In this document: piece after piece, positions 13,140 through 27,364 of the stretch
Position numbering within the stretch: the stretch's first letter is position 1
How the letters are laid out: every line of letters begins with the position of its first letter
Source: Deinococcus sp.
GTDB lineage: Bacteria; Deinococcota; Deinococci; Deinococcales; Deinococcaceae
DNA length: 64,000 bases
Assembly: GCA_965261005.1 (NCBI GenBank)
Contig: OZ253375.1
Coordinates: 2,688,001 to 2,752,000 of the forward strand
Reading direction: 5' to 3'
The notes under the pieces: model-generated
Told to the model about the DNA's origin: nothing
Database searches by the model: none
Seen by the model: only the letters and a program-made list of their open reading frames with translations
Made by a program: the position numbers and the translations under genes

Positions 13140-13619
13140 ATGGGCCGACGGCCGACGCTGTCTTTGCTGTGTGGCCTGCCCGGCTCGGGCAAAACGACCT
13201 TTGCCCGGCAGCTTGAAGGGGAGGGCGCCATCCGCTTTTCTGCCGATGAGTGGATGGTGCCGCTGTTCGGCCAGCATATGAAGCGCGAAACGTTCGACGC
13301 GCGTCTGGTGCAGATCAAAGTCTTACAGCGAGACCTGGCCGGGCGGCTGCTGACTCTCGGGGTGAACGTCGTACTGGACTGGGGCTTCTGGACACACGCC
13401 GAGCGCGAGGCTTACCGCATGTGGGGAAGCGCGCTGGGCGCCGAGGTCGTGTTGTACTTTTTCGACTTACAGGGGGCAGAGTTACTGCGCCGCCTCAGCG
13501 CGAGAAACGCCAAATTGCCCGATGGAACGTTCGAGATTGATGAGAAGGCGCTGGCGCTGTTCGAGGGCTTGTTCGAGCGGCCGGGCGAGGACGAGCATCC
13601 CCAAATTTCACACTTCTGA
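13140..13619 (+). CDS. P-loop kinase-like (AAA_33-type) protein
   Basis: LLCGLPGSGKTT, FSADEWM, VVLDWGFWTHAER; SD GGAGG. Confidence 0.8.
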   Translation: MGRRPTLSLLCGLPGSGKTTFARQLEGEGAIRFSADEWMVPLFGQHMKRETFDARLVQIKVLQRDLAGRLLTLGVNVVLDWGFWTHAEREAYRMWGSALGAEVVLYFFDLQGAELLRRLSARNAKLPDGTFEIDEKALALFEGLFERPGEDEHPQISHF

Positions 13620-13621
13620 CC

Positions 13622-13650
13622 TTGCCTTCTCCCGCCGCGTGCGGTACACT
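13622..13650 (+). promoter_or_regulatory. Promoter for tuf and the S10 operon
   Basis: TTGCCT, 17 bp, TACACT. Confidence 0.6.
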
Positions 13651-13821
13651 TCCCAATTGGTGCGCCGAGCAAAGGCGGAGGTGCGCTTTTGTGCCGAGCA
13701 GGCGTCGCGCGCATGGGGCGCGCGAGACCCCCGGCGAGAGACAACCAATGTGGGCACCCCACCTGATCCAGGCAACTGGCGTTTGGTTGGGACTTGTCCA
13801 CCGCTTGGAGGATGAATTTGT

Positions 13822-15038
<1,217 letters not shown>

Positions 15039-15039
<1 letters not shown>

Positions 15040-15362
15040 TGGTCGCGCCCAAGATTCGCATCAAGCTGCGCGCCTTTGACCACAAGGCCCTCGACACCTC
15101 GGCCAGCAAGATCGTGGACACTGTGCGCCGCACCGGGGCCACGGTGTCGGGGCCGGTGCCGCTGCCGACGCGCATTCGCCGCTTCACGGTGCTGCGCTCA
15201 CCCTTTGTCAACAAGGACAGTCGCGAGCACTTCGAGATTCGCACCCACAACCGCTTGGTGGACATTGAGAACCCTACCAAGAAGACGATTGACTCGCTGA
15301 TGACCCTGGACCTGCCGACTGGCGTGGATATCGAGATCAAGACGGTGGGAGGCCGGGGATGA
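15039..15362 (+). CDS. rpsJ: 30S ribosomal protein S10
   Basis: [33 protein letters not shown] overlap with tuf. Confidence 0.98.
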
Positions 15363-15979
15363 AGGGCATTCTCGGCACCAAGGTCGGCATGACCCAGGTG
15401 TGGCGCGGCGACCGCGTGGTTCCCGTGACGGTCGTGCTGGCCGGGCCGTGCCCGGTGGTGCAGCGCAAAAACGCCGCCACCGACGGCTACGACGCGGTGC
15501 AGGTGGGCTTCGCGCCGAAGAGCGAGAAGCGCATCAACAAGCCCGACCTCGGCCACCTCAAAAAGGCGGGTGTAGCGGGCGTGCGCTACCTACGTGAATT
15601 TCGCGACTTCGCCCCTGAGGGGGACGCCATCACGGCGGACGTGTTCGCCCAGGGCGAAAAAATTGACGTGACCGGCACCTCCAAGGGCAAGGGCACCCAG
15701 GGCGTCATGAAGAAGTGGCACTTCTCGGGCGGCCCGGCCAGCCACGGCTCCAAGAAGTGGCACCGCCGCCCCGGCTCCATCGGTCAGCGCAAAACGCCCG
15801 GCCGGGTGTACAAGGGGAAGCGCATGGCGGGCCGCATGGGCAACGAGCGCATCACGGTGCAGAACCTGGAGGTCGTGGAGGTGCGCCCGGACGAGAACCT
15901 GATTCTGGTCAAGGGCGCGCTGCCCGGCCACAACGGCGCCCTGGTGATCCTACGGGCGGCCGTCAAGGGAGGCAAGTGA
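15359..15979 (+). CDS. rplC: 50S ribosomal protein L3
   Basis: [24 protein letters not shown]. Confidence 0.98.
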   Translation: MKGILGTKVGMTQVWRGDRVVPVTVVLAGPCPVVQRKNAATDGYDAVQVGFAPKSEKRINKPDLGHLKKAGVAGVRYLREFRDFAPEGDAITADVFAQGEKIDVTGTSKGKGTQGVMKKWHFSGGPASHGSKKWHRRPGSIGQRKTPGRVYKGKRMAGRMGNERITVQNLEVVEVRPDENLILVKGALPGHNGALVILRAAVKGGK

Positions 15980-16650
15980 TGGCGCAGATCAACGTGGTGG
16001 GTGCGGGCGGTGGGCGCACCATCGATCTCGACCTGCCCAAGGTGAACCCCGGCCTGCTGCACGACGTGGTCGCTTGGCAGCTCGCCAAGCGCCGCCAAGG
16101 CAGCGCCAGCACCAAGACCCGCGCCCAGGTGGCGCGCACCGGCAAGAAGATGTACAGCCAAAAGGGCACCGGCAACGCCCGCCACGGCAGCCGGGCCGCC
16201 CCCATCTTCGTGGGCGGCGGCGTCGCCTTCGGCCCCAAGCCGCGCGACTACGGCTACTCGCTGCCGAAGAAGGTGCGCCAGTTGGGCTTGGCGATGGCCC
16301 TGTCCGACCGCGCCGAGAGCGGCAAGCTGCTGGCAGTGGACGGCTTCAGCGTGAATGGCGAGGCCCTCGACGGCCGGACCAAAAGCTTCCTGCGCTGGGC
16401 TTCGGATCAGGGGATGGACGGCTCCGAGCGAGTCTTCCTGGTGACGGACGACGAATTGGTGCGGCGTGGCGCGCGCAACTTGGCCTGGGTCACGCCCCTG
16501 CCAGTGGCGGGCCTGAACGTCTACGACATCCTGCGCCACGACCGCTTGGTGATCGACGCCAGCGTGCTGACCATGGCGCCCGCTCAAGACACGGCCCCCG
16601 CCCAAGAAGTGGCGCCAACTCAGGAACCAGGGCAGGAGGCGGCCCAGTGA
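15979..16650 (+). CDS. rplD: 50S ribosomal protein L4
   Basis: [27 protein letters not shown] overlaps the rplC stop. Confidence 0.97.
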   Translation: MAQINVVGAGGGRTIDLDLPKVNPGLLHDVVAWQLAKRRQGSASTKTRAQVARTGKKMYSQKGTGNARHGSRAAPIFVGGGVAFGPKPRDYGYSLPKKVRQLGLAMALSDRAESGKLLAVDGFSVNGEALDGRTKSFLRWASDQGMDGSERVFLVTDDELVRRGARNLAWVTPLPVAGLNVYDILRHDRLVIDASVLTMAPAQDTAPAQEVAPTQEPGQEAAQ

Positions 16651-16937
16651 GCAGCTTTTACGACGTGATCAAAGCCCCGGTGATCTCCGAAAAGGCCTAC
16701 GCGGGCATGGCGCGCGGGGTCTACTCCTTTTGGGTGGAGCCGGACGCCAACAAGACGCAGATCAAGAACGCGCTGCAACAGGCTTTTGGCGTCAGGGTGG
16801 TCAAGATCAACACCATGAACGTCGAGGGCAAGAAGAAGCGCGTCGGCCGCTTTGAGGGCTACCGCCCCGACCGCAAAAAGGCCGTCGTCGTGCTCGCCGA
16901 GGGCCAGAAGATCGAGGCCCTTGAGGGTCTGGTCTAA
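16647..16937 (+). CDS. rplW: 50S ribosomal protein L23
   Basis: [27 protein letters not shown] start. Confidence 0.95.
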   Translation: MSSFYDVIKAPVISEKAYAGMARGVYSFWVEPDANKTQIKNALQQAFGVRVVKINTMNVEGKKKRVGRFEGYRPDRKKAVVVLAEGQKIEALEGLV

Positions 16938-16957
16938 GGACCGAGGAGACGACTTAT

Positions 16958-17791
16958 ATGCCGATCAAGAAGTACCGTCCCTACACGCCCTCGCGGCGTT
17001 TTATGACCACGGCGGACTTTTCCGGGCTGACCAAGAAGCGCCCCGAGAAGAGCCTGACCGAGACCATCGCCAAGACCGGCGGTCGCAACAACCGCGGCCG
17101 GGTGACTAGCCGCTTTATCGGCGGCGGCCACAAGCGGCTGTACCGCGTCATTGACTTCAAGCGGCGCGACAAGGCGGGCGTGCCGGCGAAGGTGGCGGCG
17201 CTGGAGTACGACCCCAACCGCAGCGCCCGCATCGCCCTGCTGCACTACGCCGACGGCGAAAAGCGTTACGTGCTGGCCCCCGAGCGGCTGGAGATCGGCG
17301 CGACCGTGATGAGCGGCCCCGAGGCCGTGCCGACCGTGGGCAACGCCCTGCCGCTGCGCTTCGTGCCGGTGGGCGCGGTTGTTCACGCGGTCGAGCTGAT
17401 CCCCGGCCGGGGAGCGCAGCTCGCGCGCAGCGCCGGCACCAGCATTCAGCTTCAGGGCAAGGAGGGCGACTACGTCGTGCTGCGCCTGCCCTCCGGCGAA
17501 CTGCGCCGGGTTCACACCGAGTGCTACGCGACCATCGGTAGCGTCGGCAACGCCGACCACAAGAACGTCACCCTCGGCAAGGCCGGCCGCTCGCGCTGGC
17601 TGGGCCGCAAGCCGCACCAGCGCGGCAGCTCGATGAACCCGGTGGACCACCCGCACGGCGGCGGCGAAGGGCGTACCGGCATCGGCCGCCAGCCGGTGAC
17701 GCCGTGGGGCCAGCCGACCAAGGGCCTCAAGACCCGCAAAAAGCGTAAGGTGTCCGACCGCTTCATCGTCTCGCGCCGGGCGACCAAGTAA
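16958..17791 (+). CDS. rplB: 50S ribosomal protein L2
   Basis: [26 protein letters not shown]. Confidence 0.99.
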   Translation: MPIKKYRPYTPSRRFMTTADFSGLTKKRPEKSLTETIAKTGGRNNRGRVTSRFIGGGHKRLYRVIDFKRRDKAGVPAKVAALEYDPNRSARIALLHYADGEKRYVLAPERLEIGATVMSGPEAVPTVGNALPLRFVPVGAVVHAVELIPGRGAQLARSAGTSIQLQGKEGDYVVLRLPSGELRRVHTECYATIGSVGNADHKNVTLGKAGRSRWLGRKPHQRGSSMNPVDHPHGGGEGRTGIGRQPVTPWGQPTKGLKTRKKRKVSDRFIVSRRATK

Positions 17792-17804
17792 AGGAGCGTG
17801 AATC

Positions 17805-18509
<705 letters not shown>

Positions 18510-18520
<11 letters not shown>

Positions 18521-19253
18521 AATCAACCCGACCGGCTTCCGCCTGGGCATTACTAAGGACTGGAACAGCCGTTGGTACGCCGGCAAGAAGAACTACTCGA
18601 CCTTGGTGATCGAGGACGAGAAGATTCGCAACCTGATCGAGAAGCAGCTCAAGGCCGCCGGCATCGCCAAAATCGAGATCGAGCGCGCCGGCCAGCAGGT
18701 CAACGTCATCATCAGCGCGGCCAAGCCGGGCATCGTGATCGGCAAGGGCGGCGACAGCATCAAGCGCCTGCGCGGCGACATCGAACGTCTGGTCACGGCC
18801 GGCACGGTGGCCGTCAACGTCGCCGAGATTCCCAACCCCAACACCTCGGCCCCGCTGGTCGCCCTGCGGGTGGCCGAACAGATCGAGCGGCGCTTCGCGT
18901 TTCGCCGCGCCATGAAGCAGGCCGCCCAGCGCGTGATGGAGTCGGGGGCGCGCGGCGTCAAGGTCGTCTTGTCGGGCCGCCTGGGCGGGGCCGAGCAGGC
19001 CCGCACCGAGAAGGTGTTGGAGGGCCGCGTCCCCCTGCACACCCTGCGCGCCGACATCGACTACGGCACCGCCCTGGCGCGCACCACTTACGGCATCATC
19101 GGCGTGAAGGTTCTGGTCTTCAACGGCGAGGTCATCGGCGGCAAGACCGAGGGCGCCCCGCGCCCGCCGCGCCAAGAGCGCGGCCGTGAAGGCGGCGAGC
19201 GCCCCAACCGCCGCCGCCCGCAGGCGCGCCGCCGCCAGGGGGGGGCCGAGTAA
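18510..19253 (+). CDS. rpsC: 30S ribosomal protein S3
   Basis: [27 protein letters not shown]. Confidence 0.98.
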
Positions 19254-19678
19254 TGTTGCTGCCCAAGCGCACCAAGTACCGCAAGCAGTTTCGCGGGCGC
19301 ATGACCGGCGCCGCCAAGGGGGGCGACTACGTCGCTTTCGGGGACTTCGGTCTGGTCGCCGAGGAGCCGGCCTGGATCAAGTCCAACCAGATCGAGGCGT
19401 GCCGCATCGTGATGAGCCGCCACTTCCGGCGCGGCGGTAAAATCTACATTCGCATCTTCCCCGACAAGCCTGTGACCAAAAAGCCCGCAGAGACCCGCAT
19501 GGGTAAAGGCAAAGGCGCCGTGGAGTTCTGGGTCAGCGTGGTCAAGCCGGGCCGGGTGATGTTCGAGGTGTCGGGCGTCTCCGAGGACCAGGCCAAGGAG
19601 GCCTTCCGCCTCGCCGGTCACAAGCTGCCGATTCGGACCAAGATGGTTCGGCGTGAGGTTTATGATGAAGCTCAGTGA
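19253..19678 (+). CDS. rplP: 50S ribosomal protein L16
   Basis: [19 protein letters not shown]. Confidence 0.98.
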   Translation: MLLPKRTKYRKQFRGRMTGAAKGGDYVAFGDFGLVAEEPAWIKSNQIEACRIVMSRHFRRGGKIYIRIFPDKPVTKKPAETRMGKGKGAVEFWVSVVKPGRVMFEVSGVSEDQAKEAFRLAGHKLPIRTKMVRREVYDEAQ

Positions 19679-19934
19679 GATGCGCGCCCTCAGCATGGGC
19701 GACTTCGACCGCGAGGTGCAGGACCGCAAGCGGCAACTCATGGAGCTGCGCTTTCAGGCGGCGACCAGCCAGCTGGCCGACTCCTCGCAGGTCGCAAAAC
19801 TGCGCCGCGAGGTGGCCCAGCTGCTGACCGTGAGAACGGAGTTGCAGCGCGCCGCGCTAACCTCGGACGTGCCGGCGCTGCCCTCCAGCCAGCCAGCCGC
19901 ACAGGTCAGTCAGCCCTCTGGGCAGGAAGGATAA
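19665..19934 (+). CDS. rpmC: 50S ribosomal protein L29 with C-terminal extension
   Basis: [23 protein letters not shown]; position in the S10 operon. Confidence 0.92.
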   Translation: MKLSEMRALSMGDFDREVQDRKRQLMELRFQAATSQLADSSQVAKLRREVAQLLTVRTELQRAALTSDVPALPSSQPAAQVSQPSGQEG

Positions 19935-19937
19935 GAC

Positions 19938-20278
<341 letters not shown>

Positions 20279-20282
<4 letters not shown>

Positions 20283-20683
20283 TCATGCCGCAAACGCGCC
20301 TCGAAGTCGCCGACAACAGCGGCGCCCGCGAGTTGATGTGCATTCGCGTGCTGAACAGCGGCATCGGCGGTAAGGGTCTGACGACCGGCGGCGGCGGCAA
20401 CAAGCGCTACGCGCACGTCGGCGACATCATCGTGGCGAGTGTGAAGGAGGCGGCCCCGCGCGGCACCGTTAAGGCCGGCGAGGTCGTCAAGGCCGTGGTC
20501 GTGCGCACGTCCAAGGACATCCAGCGCGCCGACGGCTCCACCATCCGCTTCGACAAGAACGCCGCCGTGGTCATCAACAATCAGGGTGAGCCGCGCGGCA
20601 CGCGCGTCTTCGGGCCGGTGGCGCGCGAGCTGCGCGACCGCCGTTTCATGAAGATCGTCTCGCTGGCCCCGGAGGTGCTGTGA
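20279..20683 (+). CDS. rplN: 50S ribosomal protein L14 (Deinococcus-type insert)
   Basis: VADNSGA, insert [33 protein letters not shown]. Confidence 0.98.
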
Positions 20684-21030
20684 TGCCGCAGGCCAGCAAG
20701 GGTTCGCACCACAACGACAAGCTGCACGTCAAAAAGGGCGACACCGTGATGGTGACGCGCGGCAAGCACAAGGGGGCCACCGGCACCGTGCTGCTGGCCC
20801 TGCCGAAAGAGCAGAAGGTCGTGGTGGAGAACGTCAACCTGATCAAGAAGCACGTCAAGCCCTCGCAGGCGAGTCCCCAAGGCGGCATCGAGCAGCGCGA
20901 GGCGGCCATGCACGCCAGCAAAGTCCAGATCGTGGACCCCGAGACCGGCAAGCCCACCCGCGTGCGCCGTCAAGTGATCGACGGCAAAAAGGTGCGCGTG
21001 GCGGTGGGTAGCGGCAAGACCATCGATTGA
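20683..21030 (+). CDS. rplX: 50S ribosomal protein L24
   Basis: VKKGDTV, KOW motif, [15 protein letters not shown]. Confidence 0.96.
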   Translation: MPQASKGSHHNDKLHVKKGDTVMVTRGKHKGATGTVLLALPKEQKVVVENVNLIKKHVKPSQASPQGGIEQREAAMHASKVQIVDPETGKPTRVRRQVIDGKKVRVAVGSGKTID

Positions 21031-21091
21031 GCGGGCGCCGCGTCAGCAGCGCCTGGGCGACCCAGACCGCCCGAACCCGAAAAGGAACGAC

Positions 21092-21628
21092 ATGACCCTC
21101 AAGGACAGGTACTTAGGTGAGGCGCGCCCCGCGCTGATGCAGCAGTTTGGCTACTCCAGCGTGATGCAGGTGCCGCGTATCGAGAAGGTGGTGGTGAACG
21201 AGGGCCTCGGCGCCGCCAAGGACGACAGCAAGCTGATCGACAAGGCGAGCCGCGAGCTGTCGCTGATCACCCTGCAAAAGCCGGTGGTGACCAAGGCCAA
21301 GAAGAGCATCTCCAACTTCAAGCTGCGCGCCGGCATGCCCATCGGCGTCAAGGTGACCCTGCGTAGAGAGCGCATGTACACCTTTCTCGACAAGCTGATC
21401 AACATCGGCCTGCCGCGCATCCGCGACTTTCGCGGCATCAACCCCAATTCGTTCGACGGGCGCGGCAACTACAACTTGGGCGTGCGCGAGCAACTGATTT
21501 TCCCCGAGATCACCTATGATATGGTGGACGCCGTTCGCGGTATGGACGTGACCATTGTCACGACGGCGAAGACCGACGAGGAGGCCCGCGCCCTACTGAG
21601 CGCGCTCGGGTTTCCCTTCCGCAAATAA
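21092..21628 (+). CDS. rplE: 50S ribosomal protein L5
   Basis: [16 protein letters not shown]. Confidence 0.98.
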   Translation: MTLKDRYLGEARPALMQQFGYSSVMQVPRIEKVVVNEGLGAAKDDSKLIDKASRELSLITLQKPVVTKAKKSISNFKLRAGMPIGVKVTLRRERMYTFLDKLINIGLPRIRDFRGINPNSFDGRGNYNLGVREQLIFPEITYDMVDAVRGMDVTIVTTAKTDEEARALLSALGFPFRK

Positions 21629-21661
21629 GACAAGCAAGCAGAGAGGAGGAGAACAGAGCAC

Positions 21662-21931
21662 ATGGCAAAGACAAGCAAAATTGAGCGCCAAAAGCAGCGC
21701 GAAAAGACTGTGGCCAAGTACGCCGAGAAGCGCGCCGCCCTCAAGGCCGCCGGAGACTACCAAGGGCTTTCGGCCCTGCCGCGCGACGCCAGCCCCACCC
21801 GGCTGCGCAACCGCTGCGAGCTGACCGGCCGCCCGCGCGGATACATCCGCTTTTTCGGCGTGTCGCGTATCGTGATGCGCGAAAAGGCCCACAAGGGCGA
21901 GTTGCCCGGCGTCAAAAAGGCCAGCTGGTAG
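21662..21931 (+). CDS. rpsN: 30S ribosomal protein S14 (89-aa zinc-independent type)
   Basis: [31 protein letters not shown]. Confidence 0.97.
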   Translation: MAKTSKIERQKQREKTVAKYAEKRAALKAAGDYQGLSALPRDASPTRLRNRCELTGRPRGYIRFFGVSRIVMREKAHKGELPGVKKASW

Positions 21932-22089
21932 TACTCGTTCTTAGGGTCGCCCGGAGACGAACCGCGCGCTTTGCGTGGTGATCGTCCGACGCGGATTTTT
22001 TAAAGCGAGAAAAACAAAGCGTCTTTAGGGAAGGCCGAGCTTTCTGGCCTTCCCTCCAGCCAGGACCAAGGTCCTGTGCGGAGGAAGTC

Positions 22090-22491
22090 ATGCTGAGCGA
22101 TCCCATTGCCGACATGCTCACACGCATTCGCAACGCCACGCGCGTTCACAAAGAGAGCGTGGACGTGCCGGCCTCGAAATTCAAGGAGCAGCTCGCGCAG
22201 CTGCTGGCCCGCGAAGGCTACCTGTCCAGCGTCGAGCGCGTGCGCCCGGAAGGGAGCAACTTCGACGTGTTGCGCCTGGGGCTGCGCTACGGCGCCAAGC
22301 GTGAGCAAGTCATCAAGCACATCGAGCGCATTTCCCGTCCGGGACGTCGCGCCTACGTCGCGCACGACAACCTGCCCCGCGTGCAAAAGGGCCTGGGGCT
22401 GGCCGTCGTCTCCACCAGCAGGGGGCTTCTCCCCGACCGCGAGGCGCGCAGCGCCGGCGTCGGCGGCGAGGTCATCTGCGTGGTGTGGTGA
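22090..22491 (+). CDS. rpsH: 30S ribosomal protein S8
   Basis: DPIADMLTRIRNA, STSRG, GGEVICVVW. Confidence 0.98.
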   Translation: MLSDPIADMLTRIRNATRVHKESVDVPASKFKEQLAQLLAREGYLSSVERVRPEGSNFDVLRLGLRYGAKREQVIKHIERISRPGRRAYVAHDNLPRVQKGLGLAVVSTSRGLLPDREARSAGVGGEVICVVW

Positions 22492-22500
22492 GGAGCCTGC

Positions 22501-23054
<554 letters not shown>

Positions 23055-23058
<4 letters not shown>

Positions 23059-23387
23059 TCTCCTCCGAGCGCCGTAAGCTGCGCAACCGTGGCAAGGTGT
23101 TCTCGGCCGCCGGCGAGCGCCCGCGTCTGAGCGTCTTCCGTTCCAACAAGTACATCTACGCCCAAGTTATCGACGACAAAAATGGCACCACCTTGGCGCA
23201 GGCGGGGGGCAAGGCCCTGGTGAATGGCAGCAAGACCGAGACCGCCGCCGCCGTGGGCAAGGCCGTGGCCGAGGCCGCCGGGCAAAAGGGCGTCAAGCAG
23301 GTCGTGTTCGACCGCGGCGGGTACAAGTACCACGGCCGCGTCAAAGCGCTGGCGGACGCCGCGCGGGAGGCTGGCCTTGACTTTTAA
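23055..23387 (+). CDS. rplR: 50S ribosomal protein L18
   Basis: [32 protein letters not shown]. Confidence 0.98.
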
Positions 23388-23871
23388 CCGTCGCAACGAC
23401 CGCGAGGCCAGCGAGTTCGAGGAAAAGCTGATCTCGGTGAACCGCACCGCCAAAACCTATCAGGGTGGGCGCCGCTTCCGCTTCGCCGCCCTGGTAATCC
23501 TGGGGGACCGCAACGGCCGGGTGGGCATGGGCATCGGCAAGGCCAAGGAAGTGCCGGTCGCCATCGAAAAGGCCAAGAGCGTGGCGAGAAAACACATGAT
23601 CACGGTGCCGGTCGAAAACGGCACCATCCCGCACGACATCGTGGGGGAGAGTACCAAGAGCCGCGTGCTGCTCAAGCCCGCCGGCCCTGGTACGGGCGTG
23701 ATCGCCGGCACGGTGCCCCGCTCAATCGCTGAGCTGGCCGGCATCACCAACTTGCTGTCCAAGGAACTCGGCAGCCGCAACCAGATCAACGTGGCCTACG
23801 CCGTGTTCGACGGCCTCAGCCGGGTGCGCACGGCCGCGCAGGTCAAGGCCCTCAAGGAGAGTGCGTCGTGA
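23377..23871 (+). CDS. rpsE: 30S ribosomal protein S5
   Basis: [32 protein letters not shown] start inferred. Confidence 0.95.
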   Translation: MTFNRRNDREASEFEEKLISVNRTAKTYQGGRRFRFAALVILGDRNGRVGMGIGKAKEVPVAIEKAKSVARKHMITVPVENGTIPHDIVGESTKSRVLLKPAGPGTGVIAGTVPRSIAELAGITNLLSKELGSRNQINVAYAVFDGLSRVRTAAQVKALKESAS

Positions 23872-24035
23872 AGATCACCCTCAGGCGCAGCTTGATCGGG
23901 CGCCCCAAGAACCAGATTGAGACCGTCAAGGCCCTGGGCCTGAAGCGCATCGGCGACAGCCGCGAGCTGCCCGAGAACGGCCCCACGCGCGGCATGGTCG
24001 AGACCGTCAGGCACTTGCTGGAGGTGTCGCAGTGA
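23868..24035 (+). CDS. rpmD: 50S ribosomal protein L30
   Basis: Manual translation [29 protein letters not shown]...[15 protein letters not shown] (55 aa, below the track cutoff). Confidence 0.95.
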   Translation: MKITLRRSLIGRPKNQIETVKALGLKRIGDSRELPENGPTRGMVETVRHLLEVSQ

Positions 24036-24505
24036 AGCTCAACCAACTCAAGCCGGCTCAGGGGTCGCGCCGTGAGCGCAAGCGCGTCGGCCGCGGTCCC
24101 GGCGGCACCGACAAGACGGCCGGCCGCGGCCACAAGGGCCAAAAGAGCCGCAGCGGCGCGGGCAAGGGCCAATTCTTCGAGGGTGGGCGCTCCACGCTGA
24201 TCTCGCGCCTGCCCAAGCGCGGCTTCAACCATGTCGGCACGGTGTATGAAGTGGTCAACTTGTCGCAGTTGGAGCAGTTCGCGGCGGGCGCCACTGTGGA
24301 CCGCGCCGCACTGGAGGCGGCCGGCTTGGTGCGCCGCAAGGGCTACCCGGTCAAGCTGCTGGCGCGCGGCGAGGTGATGGGCGCCTACACCCTGCATGTG
24401 GACGCGGCCTCGCAAAAGGCGGTGCAGGCCGTGCAGGCGGCGGGCGGTCAGGTTGTCTTGCCGGCCCCGCGAACTGAGCAGGCCCAAAACGAGCAGGCGG
24501 GCTAA
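24032..24505 (+). CDS. rplO: 50S ribosomal protein L15
   Basis: [26 protein letters not shown]. Confidence 0.98.
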   Translation: MKLNQLKPAQGSRRERKRVGRGPGGTDKTAGRGHKGQKSRSGAGKGQFFEGGRSTLISRLPKRGFNHVGTVYEVVNLSQLEQFAAGATVDRAALEAAGLVRRKGYPVKLLARGEVMGAYTLHVDAASQKAVQAVQAAGGQVVLPAPRTEQAQNEQAG

Positions 24506-24547
24506 GGTGGTCCGGCCACTTCTGGCCGTGCGAGCGGGAGGCGCGTG

Positions 24548-25858
24548 ATGCTGCGCGCCTTCCGTGACGCCTTTCGGGTGCCCGAGTTGCAGCGCAAGAT
24601 GCTGTTCACGCTGCTGCTGCTGGCCATCTACCGTCTCGGCAGCGTGATTCCCACGCCGGGGGTCAACCCCGACGCCCTCAAGAACTCGGCGGGCGGCGGC
24701 CTGTTTGGTTTGATTGGCCTGATTTCGGGCGGCAACCTGTCGCAGTTCTCGATCTTCGCCCTCGGGGTGCTGCCATACATCACGGCCAGCATCATTATCC
24801 AACTGATGACGACCACCATCCCCGCCCTGGAAAAACTATCCAAAGAGGGCGAGGAGGGCCGTAAGAAGATCAACCAGTACACCCGCTTTTCGGCCATCGG
24901 CCTTGGCGCGGTGCAGGCGCTTTTCTTTTCCATCGCCTTTATTCAGGGGAACGGCGGCGCCAACTTGTCGCCTGGTTGGACCCCCGGCGTGGAACTCACG
25001 CTGCTGATCGTGCTGGTGCAGGTGGCGGGCGTGGCGCTCACCCTGTGGATTGGTGAGCGCATCACCGAGGTCGGCATCGGCAACGGCATCAGCCTGATTA
25101 TCTTCGCGGGCATCGTGGCTCGCTACCCGAGCGAGATCGGCGCGACGGTCGCCCTGATTCGCAACGGCTCAGTGTCGGCTCTCGCCATCGTCGTCTTCGT
25201 GGTGATCTTGCTGCTGGTGGTCGCGGGCATCGTGTTCGTGTATCAAGGTGAGCGGCGCGTGCCGGTGCAGTACGCCCGCAAGCAGGTCGCCGGGCGCACC
25301 TACGGTGGCCAGCAGACCTTTTTGCCCATCAAGGTGAACCAAGCCGGCGTGATTCCAGTGATCTTCGCCAGCGCCATCTTCACCCTGCCGCAGCTGTTGC
25401 AGGGCGGCCTGCAAACCCGCGCGCCGGGGGTGGCCGAGTTCATCTCGCGCTACTTGACCCTTGGCAGCACGACCGGCATCATCTTCGAGGTGCTGCTGAT
25501 TATCGGCTTCACCTACCTCTACAACAGCATTCAATTCGACCCCAAGCGCGTCGCCGAGAACTTGCGCGAGTCGGGTGGCTTCGTACCCGGCGTGCGGCCG
25601 GGAGTGGCCACGGCGCAGCACCTCGGCTTCATCTCCAGCCGCCTGACCTTGTGGGGCGCGCTGTTTCTGGCGGTGTTGACGGTGGTGCCCGAGATCGTGC
25701 GTACCGGCACCGGCATCACCACCCTTCAATTCACCGGCACCGGCCTTCTCATCATCGTGGGCGTGGCCCTCGACACCCTCAAGCAGTTGGAGGCGCAGCT
25801 GACCGTGCGGCGCTACGACGGCTTTATCTCCAAGGGCCGCTTACGGGGCCGCCTGTGA
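24548..25858 (+). CDS. secY: Preprotein translocase SecY
   Basis: SIFALGVLPYITASII, GIGNGISLIIF, AGVIPVIFAS, GTGLLIIVGV. Confidence 0.98.
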   Translation: MLRAFRDAFRVPELQRKMLFTLLLLAIYRLGSVIPTPGVNPDALKNSAGGGLFGLIGLISGGNLSQFSIFALGVLPYITASIIIQLMTTTIPALEKLSKEGEEGRKKINQYTRFSAIGLGAVQALFFSIAFIQGNGGANLSPGWTPGVELTLLIVLVQVAGVALTLWIGERITEVGIGNGISLIIFAGIVARYPSEIGATVALIRNGSVSALAIVVFVVILLLVVAGIVFVYQGERRVPVQYARKQVAGRTYGGQQTFLPIKVNQAGVIPVIFASAIFTLPQLLQGGLQTRAPGVAEFISRYLTLGSTTGIIFEVLLIIGFTYLYNSIQFDPKRVAENLRESGGFVPGVRPGVATAQHLGFISSRLTLWGALFLAVLTVVPEIVRTGTGITTLQFTGTGLLIIVGVALDTLKQLEAQLTVRRYDGFISKGRLRGRL

Positions 25859-26433
25859 CCTTGGAGCCGCCCGACCAGAACGCCGTGGTGGTCTTTTTGG
25901 GGCCGCCCGGCGCGGGCAAGGGAACCCAAGCGGAGCGGCTGGCGCGCGAGTACGGCTTGGAAAAAGTCTCGACCGGCGACATGCTGCGCGACCATATGAC
26001 GCGCGGCACGGCGCTGGGGTCGCAGGTCAAGCCGATTTATGACGCGGGCCACCTGGTACCCGACGACGTGCTGATCGCCCTGATTCGCGACAAGTTGTCA
26101 GGAATGGGCGCGGTCCGGGTCATCTTCGACGGTTTTCCGCGCACGGTGGCACAGGCGCGCGCCCTGGATGGTTTGCTCGCCGAGTTGGACGCGCCCATCG
26201 TGGCGGTGCCGCTGCTGGAGGTGCCGGGCGAGGAGTTGGTGCGGCGCATCGTCGAGCGGGGCGCGCAGTCGGGACGCAGCGACGACACCGAGGCGGTCGC
26301 CCGCGAGCGTCAGCGGGTCTACCGCCAGCAGACCGAGCCGCTGGTCAGTTACTATGGCGAGCGGGTCAGGCGGCTCGACGGTACGGGCAGCATGAACGAC
26401 GTATACGCGCGCCTCGAACGGCTTCTTGTTTGA
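25855..26433 (+). CDS. adk: Adenylate kinase (short LID)
   Basis: GPPGAGKGTQ, STGDMLR, DGFPRT, GRSDD. Confidence 0.95.
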   Translation: MTLEPPDQNAVVVFLGPPGAGKGTQAERLAREYGLEKVSTGDMLRDHMTRGTALGSQVKPIYDAGHLVPDDVLIALIRDKLSGMGAVRVIFDGFPRTVAQARALDGLLAELDAPIVAVPLLEVPGEELVRRIVERGAQSGRSDDTEAVARERQRVYRQQTEPLVSYYGERVRRLDGTGSMNDVYARLERLLV

Positions 26434-26498
26434 GCTGCGGGGGCGTGCTAGCATAACGTTTGGCTTTTTGAAAGCCCAAGAGCACAACCGGAGGACGA

Positions 26499-26750
26499 GT
26501 GGCGAAGAGAACCTTAAGGGAACCGCGCGAAAAGCGCAAGGATTCGGATACGGTGAGAACCGAGGGCGTGGTGCTTGAGGCATTGCCCAACACCACCTTC
26601 AAAGTGCAGCTCGACACCGGGCACGAACTTCTGGCGTACATCTCAGGCAAGATGCGCATTCACTACATCCGGATTTTGCCCGGCGACCGCGTGGTCCTGG
26701 AAATCTCGCCGTACGACACGTCGCGCGGTCGCATCGTTTACCGCAAGTAA
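26499..26750 (+). CDS. infA: Translation initiation factor IF-1
   Basis: [30 protein letters not shown]. Confidence 0.97.
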   Translation: MAKRTLREPREKRKDSDTVRTEGVVLEALPNTTFKVQLDTGHELLAYISGKMRIHYIRILPGDRVVLEISPYDTSRGRIVYRK

Positions 26751-26870
26751 GGCGCAAGTCAGGCCAGCAAACGTCGGCACTTTCGGGAACAGTCCCGTGG
26801 TCAACAGATTCCCAGCGGGGGTCGAGCGCCGCTCGCCAAATTCAAGGGCGTTGCGGCGCGAGGAGGAGAC

Positions 26871-26984
26871 ATGAAGGTTCGTTCGAGCGTCAAGAGGATT
26901 TGCGACAAGTGCAAGATCATCCGTCGGCACGGCCGCGTGCTGGTGATCTGCGAGGTCGCCAAGCACAAGCAGAGGCAAGGCTGA
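26871..26984 (+). CDS. rpmJ: 50S ribosomal protein L36 (zinc-binding type)
   Basis: Manual translation [46 protein letters not shown]. Confidence 0.97.
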   Translation: MKVRSSVKRICDKCKIIRRHGRVLVICEVAKHKQRQG

Positions 26985-27364
26985 TGGCGCGCATCGCCGG
27001 CGTGGACCTTCCGCGCGACAAGCGTGTCGAGGTCGCCCTCACCTACATTTACGGCATCGGCCCGACGCGCGCCCGCGATGTGCTGGGCGTTACCGGGGTC
27101 AGCCCGGACACCCGCGTCAAGAACCTGACCGAAAACGAGCAGGTTCAGTTGCGCGAGGTGGTCGAGAAGACCTACAAAGTCGAGGGCGACTTGCGTAGCG
27201 AGGTCGGTCAGAACATCAAGCGCTTGATGGACATCGGCGCTTACCGGGGTCTCAGGCACCGCCGCGGTCTGCCCGTGCGCGGTCAGCGCACCAAGACCAA
27301 CGCCCGCACCCGAAAAGGACCCAAGAAGACCGTGGCCGGCAAGAAGAAGGCGGCGAGGAAGTAA
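26984..27364 (+). CDS. rpsM: 30S ribosomal protein S13
   Basis: [32 protein letters not shown]. Confidence 0.98.
   Translation: MARIAGVDLPRDKRVEVALTYIYGIGPTRARDVLGVTGVSPDTRVKNLTENEQVQLREVVEKTYKVEGDLRSEVGQNIKRLMDIGAYRGLRHRRGLPVRGQRTKTNARTRKGPKKTVAGKKKAARK

Noticed and set aside
20350..20410. Gly-rich insertion in L14 as a novelty
   Set aside because: This is a known Deinococcus feature and was used only as a taxonomic marker.
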